DNA of 64,000 bases from Vitrella brassicaformis CCMP3155 (taxonomy: Eukaryota; Protista; Chromerida), in assembly GCA_001179505.1 (NCBI GenBank), contig CDMY01000388.1, positions 1 through 64,000 of the forward strand, in the 5' to 3' direction. Below, one piece after another: positions 23,003 through 35,234 of the stretch. The translations under genes and the position numbers were made by a program. The notes under the pieces were generated by a model. That model was not told the origin of the DNA and searched no databases. It was given only the letters and a program-made list of their open reading frames with translations. The stretch's first letter is position 1; each line of letters begins with the position of its first letter.

Positions 23003-24212
23003 CTAGGTGCTCTGTCGGCCGGCCTTGATTGCCTTGGTGACGTTGGTGAAGTACTTGCCCTGGTGCTTGGCCAGCGCCAGCTCCTTCTCGCTCGGCATCC
23101 GGCTGCCGTCAGCTCCAGCGAAGGTACCTACACACACACACACACACAGGGGGTGGGGTGGGTGGACGGACGGAAGGGTGGGTGGGCGTGTGAGGGTCTC
23201 TCATCTCATCTCACCTGCTCCGTATGCCGATCCGCCGTGTATCTCGCTCATGTCGAACTGCACCTCCCCGAGTGTGTAGCCGATGGGCACGAAGATCATG
23301 CCGTGGTGGGTGAACTGCGTCAGGGCCGTCAGAGCTAAACACACACACACACACACACACACACGCATCGGCCCTGACGATGACAGCACACACACCACAG
23401 CTAGGCACTTTTACTTACCGGTAGTCTCCTGTCCGCCGGCCTGTGTGGCTGTCGAGAAGAAGATGCCAGCGGGTTTGCCGACCAGCTTGCCGCCCTGCCA
23501 CAGACCCCCCGTCGCATCCCACATCGCCTTCACTGCACACACACAACACAAGACATGCACACAAGTGAGCATAAGCACAAGCAGCAGTGTCGGGAGAGAT
23601 TATGTGTGTGTGGTGCTGACTCTGTGCACACATGGCGCCGAAGCGAGTGGGCGTGCCGAACAGAATGCCGTCCGCGTCGGGCAGCGTGTGCACGTCCACC
23701 ACGGGGATCTACGACCACGACAAGCGCAGCGCACACACGCATACCAACCAGAGCATATATCAGATGGTTGCTTCCCCATGTGGCTCACGTCTGTGTCTTT
23801 GGGCGGTGCGGACATCTTCTTGAGCACCTCATCCGAGAGGGTCTCCGCCACCTGCACAGCACAAAGACGGACACACAGACACACAGACAGACAGACAGAG
23901 ATCCCTGGCTGGGATGTGGGCATGCGTATTGCCGTGTCGCCAGTCAGTCAGTCAAGTCAGTCACCTGGTACAGGAGGCATTCGCCGCCGGCCTCCTCGAC
24001 GCCCTTCTTCATCTCCTGCGCCAACGCACGCACGTGGCCATACTGCACACACAACACAACACAAGACAGTCACACATGCAGCACACCACGAGCCAGCGCA
24101 TGAATGTGTGTGTGTGTCTGTGTGCGGACGGTGGGAGATGGCGTGATGCCTCTTTCCCGCCCCGCTCGCCCACCATGGAGTAGAAGACGATGTAGACTTT
24201 GGGTTTGCTCAT
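23003..24212 (-). CDS. wrbA: WrbA-family NAD(P)H:quinone oxidoreductase (flavodoxin-like), 7 exons
   Basis: [13 protein letters not shown]|[89 protein letters not shown] and GGSAYGAG|[16 protein letters not shown]. Confidence 0.95.
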
Positions 24213-26214
24213 GTTGCCGCCTCCAAGCTCCTGCACACGTATCTCGTCGTCGATGCCCCTGAGCTTGGTGCCTTTGGTGGGCAGGCAGGGGCAGCAAGAC
24301 ATGCACTCACTGCGCACGCAAGGAACGGACGCACAGATCCCTGAAAGAACACGGCTCGAGTCGGGCGCGAGGCAGATCCGCTTTCGGCCGTTGTACGGGC
24401 AGATATGGGCCGAAAGCAGATCCTACGGCACAGACAGCTTTGGCTGGCTCCATCGAGTGAAGCAGGCCATTCAGAACACGTGCTGGGTCCGACATGCTCA
24501 CACATTTATTCACTCATGGAGGTATCGTCCGTCCGTCCGTCCGTTGCCGGCCTTGTTGCCCTGGCTGATCAATTCTGATACACAGGCAGGTAGGCAGGCA
24601 GGCGGGGAGGCAGACACACAGGTGGATACACACAAACACACAGAGAGTAGCCCGTCCGCGAGCCACTCACTGAATTCCAGCCAGGCAGCCAGGCACACAC
24701 CGCGCATAAACACGCTCTCTCACGCACACACTCACGGGCACACGCCATGGGATGTTTCTTAAAGCACCAACGCACCCCTTCACAGCCATCCGCCCATTCG
24801 CCCGCCCAACCAATCCGACCGGTCAAAGATGGATGGAGAAAAATCTGCCATTCTGCACGTCACACGCAGCATGAGGGCCATATACGCAGCCACACACCAG
24901 CAGCACGGCAAGTCAGACAGACAGACAGACGGTGAGAGAGAGGGCGAGAGGACGAAAGAAAGACATACGGCGAGAGAGGAGGAGGGAGAAGGGGAAGGGC
25001 CGCGGAAAAATCAACCACTTCATGCATGCTGCACAGGTGAGTGGCGCGCGCGGGTGCGCGGGAGGGCGGACACCCACACATCATTCACAAGACAACACAC
25101 TGAAAAAAGGAAAACGGAGGCACGGCAGGAGGAAGGAAGGTTTCGCCGTCGTCTGTGAAAAATAACTCCCGTCTCATACGCCTTGTGTGGCGTGTCCGCC
25201 CACTCGCCTCCCCACGACTGACAGACAGACTGTACACACACACACACACACACGAGAACTTTCATGGGCGCCCTTTCAGAAAAGGGACGAAAAATGGGAA
25301 GGAACATCGCACGCACACACACACAGAGGCACAGAAGGCAGGTATAGGGGGTTCTCTCGTCCCCAGCCTGTCATGTCTGTCTATGCGACTAAGTGAGTGC
25401 CTGCACGCCGGCCCGTGAGGTGCTGTGCGGCTTCCCCAACACACACACTCCACACACACGCATGACTCCACGCAACACAGCAAGCAGGTCTGTCTCTGTG
25501 TACGGGGGCTAGCTCGGGCTGTACATGACGTTTGTCGCTCTCCCTCCCTCCCTCTCCGTCTGTCTGGTTTGTGCGCACCCCCCCACTCGCAGCCAACAAA
25601 AGCACTTCTTCTGTCTCTTCTTTGACGGCTTTGCCCATAAGTCAGTCAGTTAGTCGAGCCAGAGAGAGGCCTCCAAGATGTCAAGATGATCCCACCTTTC
25701 TGTCCGCGGGCTTCATTACCGTAGCCGAGGCCGACGCCAAAAGGTGCCCATTGCAACGCAACAGTGGGCACCGTGCGGACTCGGCCACGCATACGAGAAT
25801 GAAGACACACAAGACATGTGGGCAGACACGGCGACAAATAGCCCTCGGCCAGCCCCCCATTGACATGGCATCCACTCATATATTCGAGCACACACATTCA
25901 TTTCACGCCACGCGTCAAAAGCGGTCAGCCACTGGCAGGCATGTCGCTCCAAAAGTTCCCTCCTCCCTCCCTGTCTGTCTGCAAAAGTAACCCTCTCACA
26001 CACACCATACATATCACACGCATACACACAACAGACAGGCGACCGACAGCCGGCGGCCAGAAAGAAAGAAAGAGCAAGCCCGGCCCGGCCGCGCAAACAA
26101 AAAATTGCAAAACCTTCCACTCCACTCACACACACACGTGGATATGCAAACACTTCCGCACCCACACAAAGCACGCCATCGATCCAGCCATCGATTAGCC
26201 CGCTGGTTTGTCTA

Positions 26215-27673
26215 TCATTGTGAGGAGTAGATGCCGCCCTGTCCAGTGGCCGTGCCGTCGACATAGGGCGTGAGGTCCTCTTCGGCAGCAAACCCATCCA
26301 AAGGCGTCGACTGATGCTCAAACGTGTCACCTCGAGACCTGACACACAAACACAAACACAAACACAACGACTTCTCCCTCTCCGCTATCTCTCTCTCCGC
26401 CTTTCCTTTCTGATGCACACACGCACGCACCCGTTGATCCAGTATCGCGGCCCCTGTGCCAGCCCATGTTGCCTCGAGGACTGGAAGGGCGCGTGAGAGC
26501 TCTCGGTGTCGCCTCGCAGGTCGGGCGGGCCGATGTCTGGGTGCTGGTGGTGCTCGGCCGTGAGCGGCACGGGAATGTTGGCGCGGCCCTTGGTCGACAC
26601 TGGATGGTATGACACCAGGCCGTGCCCTGTGCGTGTGCCAGGCAACAAACAAAGAGAGTGGGGGAGTGTGCACATGGTACTGTGTGTGTGTGTGTCTCTG
26701 TGTGTGTCTTTGGCGGTATTACAGTAGTTGAGCATGAGTTCGTTCTCCCTCTGGTCGCCCAAGCGGTTCAGCAGAATGTAGGTGTCAGTGCCATACCTGC
26801 ACAACACAACACAACACAACACAACACACGATACATGTACCACACCTTCTTTCTCCCCATCTCCTTCCCTCCCGCCATCCCCTCACCCACCCAGCAACGC
26901 TGTGTATGTTGAGGTCGCCCCCGAAGTACCGACAATAGAGGCGCGACAGCGGCAGACCGAAGCCATAGCCACCCACCTCCTTGGGCGTCACCAGCCCGCC
27001 CACCGGGCTGCCGTGTGCGGCCTCCCCCGCTGCGCCGGGGGGGACAGTGCCGTTGAGCGGGTTGAGGAATGAGGGGCTGGGCTGCTGGTGGTTGTGATTG
27101 TGATTGTGCTGGTGGTGTGTGGATGTGCACTGGCTGCTGTCGTGGGTGCGCTGGTGGCCGACGGTCGTGTAGCCGTACCGCCAGATGTTCTTGAGCAGAT
27201 CTGATGACACATCAGAGACAAACAAACAGAGAGACCGACAGACAGACAGACAGACAAACAGCGGGTGGGTGTGTCGTGGGTGTCGGTCGGATCGTGTGCA
27301 GAATGAATGAAATGGCTATTACTTGATTCCATGCCGCCCCCTTCGTCCGAGACCTTGACCATCACGTCGTAATGCCCCTTGTGCAGACGAACACGCACCT
27401 GATCAATAACCAACACACACACACATACACGCCATGAGACAGACACCCAGATGCCCACCAAACGGACCGACCTTTGGTATGGATTCGTCGAAGCAGTCGC
27501 TGTTGGGGAACTTCCTCAGGTGGTTCTCGACGGTCGCGCGCATGCTGTTCTTCATGATCTCAAAGAGGATGAACTTGACGTGCTCCGGGATGAAGGAAAA
27601 CGACAGATCTAAGTCGCCCTCCAACTCAAACTGAGGCGACCGCCCGTACACCCATATCCCGATCTGCACAGAC

Positions 27674-27705
<32 letters not shown>

Positions 27706-28699
27706 CACCAACACGCAGCCAGCACCCACACACACACACACACACACACACAGCCAAGTGACCGGACCGCATCAGCGCCCTCCCGCCCCACCATGCCAAG
27801 CCCAGCCCACCCACCTGCGACACGCGATCAGCGACGGCCTGGATGAGCGGTGCCGGCCTGAACTGCTGGTGGATGATGCCCACGTACGGCCTCTCCGGGT
27901 CGACAGCATCGTCGTCAGACGGCCTCGACGAGGGGGACGGCCGGCTGGGGGAGGAGGAAGGTGTGGATGATGGGGGAGATGACGGCGGGTCGGCCTTGAG
28001 CGCCTCCAAGTCACGAAAGTGGTCCTCACGCACAGCCAGATAGTGCTCTGGACGAACAAGGAGGACATAGCGTCAGCACGGCAGTGTGTGTATCTGGTCC
28101 TCCGTCGTACCTGAGATGAGTCTGTTGCCGATGCGGGTGTTGAACAGCCGGTCGAGAAATCGGTCTAGGGCGATGTCGGGGTAGGACGCGCGCAACTCCA
28201 CAACACCCTTTTGCATGAGACTGGTTACCTCGGCATGCTCAGAAACCTGACACAACACACACACACACACACAGAATCCTCGTGTGTGCGTGTGTCAGTC
28301 TGTCTGTCTGTCTGTCTGCTGCCTCACCAGCCTCGCCAGTGTCCTGGCAAAGTGCGCCTCGGCCCTCTCGTCCCGAACGTTGCCCACCCCGCTAATCTTC
28401 TCGAACGCATCGGCATACATCGAGTACACCCTGTGGATGTGCTCGTTGCCCGTCACGACATACGGCAGCCTGTTGAAGTCGTACAGCCGGTGCGCCAGCC
28501 TCACAGGCAGCTCCCGTTGGATCCAGTTGGCCGCCCGCACGAGCGCCTCGGTGCCGGCGCCCTCGCCAGTGCGGCTGACGGCGCATGCCTTGGCGTGCCG
28601 CATCATGTCGCGTATCGATATGGGCGTCACGGCCTGCTGTGCGACCTTCTCGATGCGATACAGCAGAGACCTCGTCAGACCTGAGATGCCGCACTCCAT
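26215..28699 (-). CDS. Mitochondrial alpha-ketoacid dehydrogenase kinase (PDK/BCKDK family, GHKL ATPase)
   Basis: ELPVRLAHRL, LDRFLDRLFNTRIGNRLIS, N box ILFEIMKNSMRATVE, G1 box VKVSDEGGGM and G2 box GGYGFGLPLSRLYCRYFGGDL..GYGTDTYILL. Confidence 0.92.
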
Positions 28700-29000
28700 C
28701 TCAGTAGCTGGTGTTGAGAGAGGTTGCTCCGATGACGTCCGCTGTTGCTAACTAGCGAAAGACAGCTAAGCACGAGCCTTCCACATGTGCCTCACAACAA
28801 CCCGTACGCGTCGCGTTTGTGTGGGTCGCCAACAGCTTTCAGGGTTTGGTAAGCTCGCAGGGTTTTTGATTCTAGCTCGCTCGGATTTTTTCATTCCTCT
28901 CATTTTCATCCCTCTCCAAGGCCGCCTGAGTCGTCCTGATGCTGTTTCTGACACGCTCTCTCGATGAACATCTCGACTGACTCATCCGCCGCCAAGCAAC

Positions 29001-32000
29001 ATGGATGAAGGCAGCGACTCAAGCAAGCAGTCGCCCAACGACACTACAGAGAAGAGCAGCAGCGCCTCCTCTGTCCACCCTTCGCTCAACTTGCCTCAGA
29101 ACGGCTCTCACATCGATCCCAAGGCTCAGCCGATGAGTGATCTGCCGCTCGACGCTCAGGGCGAAGCAGCAGCGTCTGCCGGCTCAGCAGAGGACAGCAG
29201 TGGCCAGCAGGGCGCGGCAGACGCCAAGCAGGATGATGCGATGGAGAGGCTGGCGGCGTATCTGCTGAGCATCGCAAAAGACTCACCCGAACACAAGCAG
29301 CAGCGACCGGAGCAGCCCAACCCCTCCCCCCTCTCAGCCAAAGACGACACAGACACCGCAGGCGAGCCCTCCCCACTGACCGTCGCTTCACAGCAGCAGA
29401 ACCAGGCGGGCGGCACTGCGGGCGGGGCGGCTGAGGGTGCCGGTGAGGGTGGTGAGGGCGGTGGCGGTGAGCAGCAGGAGAGTGGTGATGGTGACGGGAG
29501 TGGGGATAAAAAGGACGGCAGTGGTCAGGAGGGCGGGGCGGGAGGTCAGGAGGACGATGAGGAAGACGAAGACAAGCACCCGTCCCCCAACGGACCACAA
29601 GAAGAAGCGGTGAGTGAGTGAGTGAGTGAGTGGTGGGTCGGTTGCACGAACTGGATGCGTCTCTCTGTCTGTCTGTCTGTGTGTGTGTGTGTGTTCAGGG
29701 CTGTCTTCTGCTGCAGGTTGGGTATGGCCGCCTCAGCTCGCTGCGCCTGCCGTTTCGTGTCGGTGTTGGCAAGGAGTACGAGGTGCAGTCCATGATACAA
29801 GTTCACAACCATACGGCACAGGCCACTGGTGAGTGAGCAAACAGCGGCGACCAACACGAGCACAAACCGTCACAAACCTGTTCGTTGTATCGTGTGTGTC
29901 CTTCAGTCGTGTCGTGGGAAGACGGCAAGAAGCTCATCTGCCAGATGGTACACCGCCCATCCATCCATCCATCCATCAACACATTGTTTGTCTTGTCGTC
30001 GGTTTCAGGCGCGACCCTTCGACGTGCCGTCGCTGCTCTCCGATGTGAAGAAGAACCTGCCGTGGACCAAGGGGGGAGGTGACAAAGAGCCCAACAAGTC
30101 CACCAAAGAGCCCAACAAGCCCACCAAGACCCTCCGTCATCATCTGGCTGAGGCGCTAGGGTACAAGTTCAAGTTCGACATCGGTGCTGACGCCATTGTA
30201 GCTGACACTGGTGGTGGTGGTGATCGTGAGGGGCAACGCGAGCGTGTCTGAGGACCAGAAGGCCGGTGGTGACAACGACACGGGCGGCAGCAGTGCCAGC
30301 AGTGGGGATGAGGGCAAAGGAGGGACGGGCGCGTCTTCGTCGGCGGGGTCGGGTGGCGACTCGCCCTTGTCGTCAGACAGCCCACCGCCTCCCCCTCCCC
30401 CGCCCCCGCCACCGCCAGCAGGAGTACGGCCCCAAGACCTTGTTCGATGCGCTGGAGTCCCATCAGTTCGGTAGCCTCGCCCGCCAGCAGTTCGTGTACC
30501 AATACCTCAACGGTCAGCAGTACACACACCTCATCCATCCATCCATCCATCCATCCCTCCATCTCTCCCTTTCTCAGCCTCTGCCAAGCTCAAGATCTGC
30601 CCCGAGCCGGTGTACCACGAGCGCGTCGTCGACCTGCAGCAGGCCAACTTTGGTCGTGCTGACGTGGACTTCTTCATCAATGAGCGGCTGGACTGCGATC
30701 TGGATGCGGTCATGCGGTATGCCGAGAGGTGGGAGCAGGCGCAGAGTGAGCACCTGGAGCGGTCACGGCCCACACGGGGGGGCCGCGACAAACTGGCGCA
30801 CAAGAGACTTGCTCTGGAGCTAATGATAGAAGCGGTAAGGAAGATAGAGTGCACACGTGTCATGGATGTGGTCTATGAATGCAGTCCTGCCTGCCTGCCT
30901 GTGCAGGTCAGGTCCTTCCGTGAGCTTCACTCGCACGGACTCGTCCACGAACACGTCAAACCTAGAGTACGCACGCAGACAACATTACACACACACACAC
31001 CCCAACCAACCAACCACGCAACTCTCCTCCCTCCATGTGTTCAGAATATGATGGTCAAGTACGGCCACGGCAAGCGTGTGTATCTGGTGGACCTCAAGCA
31101 GTGCCGCCCCGTCCGCGCCAAGCCGACCGACGACGAGGAGACACTCAACAGCCTGCGCCGAGGATGCCCAGCGCACACCCTCGACTTCATGCCCATCGGC
31201 ACACACGACTGCCACCTCTCCCCACCGGCATTCAAGTGAGTGAGAGTGGGTGGCCGACAGACTGATGCGTCCATCCTCCACAACACTCACTGGCTCGAAG
31301 GTGCATCGTTTCTGTCTGTCTGTCTGTCTGGATGTGTGCTGTGTGCCTTGCAGGGATGACCTGGAGGGTCTGGCGTATGTTCTCTTGTGGTTGAAGGGCC
31401 CCCTGCCGTGGATGACCAAGCAGCTGCACAAGCACGGCATCCCGAGGCCCTGGCTGACGACTCCCACGAGTCAGCGCAACGAAATCTGTCAGTGGAAGGA
31501 GGAGATGGACGTAGAGGAGGCGTGTGCCGGGCTGCCCGGTAGGGAGAGAGATCGGTGAAGACAGGTGGACGTAGCTCATTGGTCTCTCTCTCTCTCTCTG
31601 TGTTCGTGTCTGTGTGTGGGCAGGTGCTGTGTGTGAGTTTGTGAGGGAGGTGCGGAGCTACGGCCAGTTTGATCTGCCGCGATACGACCACCTCATAGAG
31701 TTGCTACGAACAGCCATCGACCAGTGAGTGAGAGAAGACCACACTGAGGATGGATGGATGGATGGATGTGCCAATGTCATGTTCCCTCTTGCGTCGTGTG
31801 TGTGTCAGATTGCCTGCATCTGAGCATGTGCGTCGGCTGCCCTTCTTGGATGAGGCCCTCACGCCCCCCGGCTGCCGCATCGCACGACACTTCACCGACC
31901 AACACAACCTCACACGACTCAAGAAGCTCGCCACCCTGCCGTCCTCCGCCACCGGCACCCGCAGCGGCACCAGCACCACAGCTACGCCACCCCTCCCCTC

Positions 32001-34348
32001 ACCCACCGAGACCGAGGCATCGCCAGCACACGAGCCAGCTCCTCCCAGCCTCTCGGCCGCCGAACGTGCACGGAGTCTGGCGTGTCTGCAGTCACCGGAC
32101 GCGAGTCGGTTTGCTGCCCTCGTGACACCGAGCGAGATCACGCTTCTCGGCGAGTTCATGCTGTGGGCGACTCAGCCGGACGGCAAGTGGTACCGGCTGA
32201 TCAAGAGGGTGGGCGAGAGGGGCGGCGAGGGCGCGTCGGCGTCTGTCCCCGTGACGCTGGCGGGTCTGCCGGAGAACTGTCTGTGTCGTGTGACGGACTT
32301 CATGACGACCCTCGAGATCATTGGCCGTGTGGGCCTGTGGGCAACTGCCTTCCGCTCCCTCGCCATCAGGCCGGAGTTCCACACGCGGCTGACCATCGCC
32401 GGCGAGCCGCAATGGCACCGATTCGACCTCACCGTGTCGAGCCTGTGGGCGCCGCGCATGACACTCATCTCGACGGCCGACATCAAACCCCCCCTACCAC
32501 TCGTCCCCGACAAGACGGAGATGCTGGTGGTGACGGCACGTACCAGCAAGCAAGTCGGCGACCCCCAAGTGCGGTTCGACTTCCGCCCAGGCAGTGCTCG
32601 CGCGGTGTCGCACATGAGCCCCTCGCCGCCCTTTGACAGTGTCAATGACAGCGCCATGACGCTGCCCTTCGCCTACCCCCTCTCGTCGATTCTCACTGGC
32701 GCCATCCGGCCCCCATTCATCCCGCCCACCCTCCCGGCCGTCAAGTACTACCCCAAGCCGGCGTCATCCTCGGCCAAGGGCCCCTCCCTGGCCAGCAGCA
32801 GTGGCCAGCAGGAGGGAGAGGTGAGCAGCCGCGAGATGTACCCTGACGTGGCGGCGTATCTGCTGAAGAAGCATCCCAAGGCCGACCCCACAACCAAGCA
32901 GCAGCGACCGGAGCAGCCCAGCCCCTCCCCCCTCTCAGCCAAAGACGACACAGACACCGCAGGCAAGCCCTCCCCACTCACCGTCGCTTCACAGCAGCAG
33001 AACCAGGCGGGCGGCACTGCGGGCGGGGCGGCTGAGGGTGGTGGTGAGGGTGAGGGCGTTGGTGGCGGTTGTGATGAGCAGCAGCAGGGGCGCCGTGTGG
33101 CCAAGAGCCCCCTTCTGCGCAAGTTCGAGACCACCGGCAGCGTCCGCACCATCCTGCACCCGCGCGAGCCGCACCTCAAGCCGTTCGCCATCAACGGGGT
33201 GGTGGGTGTGCTGGAGGCATCGCACGCGACGTTGGCCGAGCTGCGTGTGCGTGACGGGAGGGTGGACCTGCCGGAGGTGCCAGCGGCCTACGGCTTCAAG
33301 CCGCCCCGTCCGTGTGGCGTCGATCGGTCCGGTGACGCTATGCTGGAGTTCCCGAAGCTGACGACTGTGGTGATGCCATCGGACAAGGCCAACATCAACG
33401 GATTCACCAAGGTGAGGGACAGACAGAGGCACACACTGGCGGCCCATTCACGTGTGTGTCCCTCTGTGTGTGTGTGGTGGGTGGGCAGGTAGCCTATGTG
33501 TGTCGGTGGTCTCTGCCGAATCTGACGTCTCTGACGGTGTCGGGCGACTGCCGCGAGCATGCGGCCAGCAGATCGCCAGACGACCCTAGCTTCTGGCGCA
33601 GCCAACTCCGCTCCTGGAGGGCTCTCGCCAGCTCAGACAGCCCCTTCAGACACCACACACAAGTGCCGTACGACGAGGCCACGCGCATACTCGAGCACGC
33701 AGGGGCCGAGCGTCAGAACAGAGACAACCATCGGTAAGACCACACACGCACACACGAGATGAGGCTGGCTGCCGGTCGGATGGCATGGCCCATGTGTCTG
33801 TCTGTGTGATGTGTGTGTGTGTGTCTGTGTCAGTGGGGAGATCCTGGGAGTGTACATTGGTGTGTGGATGATGAAGGCTGAGAACATCGATACCATCAAG
33901 GTGACCGGCATGCCGGTAAGTAAGACAAGACAGCCGAGCCGAGCTGAGCTGACAAGACACCACCGACAGACACCGCCATGCACACGCTCCCCTCTCTTTG
34001 CCCTCCGCTCATCCCTGCCAGGTTGACGTGTTGACGACCGCGCTTTCGCTGCGCGCCAGGCTGCCCCAGCTGCGCCGCCTGATCGACGCCATCAGCCCCG
34101 CGGCCACCCAACAGACCCTCATCCAACTCAAGACCCTCCTGCAGCAGAAGGGCGCGCCACTGGCCGACAAGATCGTGGTGCCGCTGACAGACGACGACAG
34201 GGACCACGACAGTGACAACGAGGGTGAGGAGGAGGGCGAGGAGGACAACGGTGGTGGTGGTGGTGGTGCAGACGGCGGGGAGGGCCAGCAGCGCAGCAAG
34301 ACGAAGCGCAAGGTCATCCCGTATGTCGACCACTGCATGACCCAGTAG
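29001..34348 (+). CDS. CK1-like pseudokinase fused to F-box and LRR-like module, copy A (complete)
   Basis: Kinase-fold exons (FINERLDCDL, LHSHGLVHEHVKPR|NMM, VYLVDLKQ, DDLEGLAYVLLWLKGPLPW, PRYDHLIELL) are joined by a phase-2 intron (31724-31808) to QLPASEHV. F-box-like LAGLPENCLCRVTDFMTTLEI..FRSLA and LRR-like FPKLTTVV / LPNLTSLTV follow. Confidence 0.8.
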
Positions 34349-35234
34349 ACAACACAAGATACCGACCAACTAAGCAGGAGGGTGAGGAGGGACGGGGGGA
34401 GGGAGGGCGGGAGGGAGGGAGGAAGAGGCCACAGAGGCCGTGGATGTGTTGTGTTGTGTTGTGTTGTGTGTGCAGGTGGGGTGGCAGGATGGGATGGACG
34501 ACGACAGGACGACAGGACGACACACAGGACCACTGGTCTGTCTGGCTGGCTGGCTGGCTGACTGACTGCATCACGACTACTGACTGACTGACGGCATGGA
34601 TGCATCACATGTGTGTATCTGTAAGTACCGACGTGTGGATAGCATACACAGACAGACAGACTGACCGACGGATGGATGGATGGATGGTCGACTCGATCTA
34701 TATGTTGCTTGTCTGTCGGACGCTCTGTACCGTACGGCGCGCTGATTCGCCTTAATACTTACACAAGGACTGCCTCCATCTTTATTGTCCATTCTGTCCG
34801 TCATCGCACACACACACGCACACACACACACACACACGGACAGAAACCGTTCAATAAACCATGGCATCTGTCTGGTTAAGCAGCAGTATACATGAGCTCT
34901 CACGTCAGTGTGACTCCTGCAAGCCATCCCATCCCTCTAGCTATCACTGGTCGGCTGGCTGGCTGGCTGGCCGGCAAAGCCACGCTCAATCAGCATGCGC
35001 ACAGCACAGCACAGCCCAGCCTAGGTACGAAAAACCACAACGCACGAACCACACGAATGCTCAAATGCAGGCCCCCCCTCCCCCCCCCACACACACACGA
35101 GGTAAAACAAAACCTCTGTGCTGTCTGTCTGTCTGTCTGTCTGTTTCCCCACCCAATCACACCCACACCACACAGAGACAGACAACAACACCGCCTTCCT
35201 TCCTTTCCCCCTCTCCCCTACTAAGTGACCCAAC

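Noticed and set aside
25724-25795. Stem-loop as a SECIS element
   Set aside because: There is no AUGA/GA quartet and no neighbouring gene with an in-frame UGA that needs recoding. The TGA at 31725 is explained by splicing.
30930-30965. HEH in HEHVKPR as an HUH endonuclease motif
   Set aside because: The middle residue is acidic, and the motif sits exactly at the kinase HRD position within a CK1-like fold.
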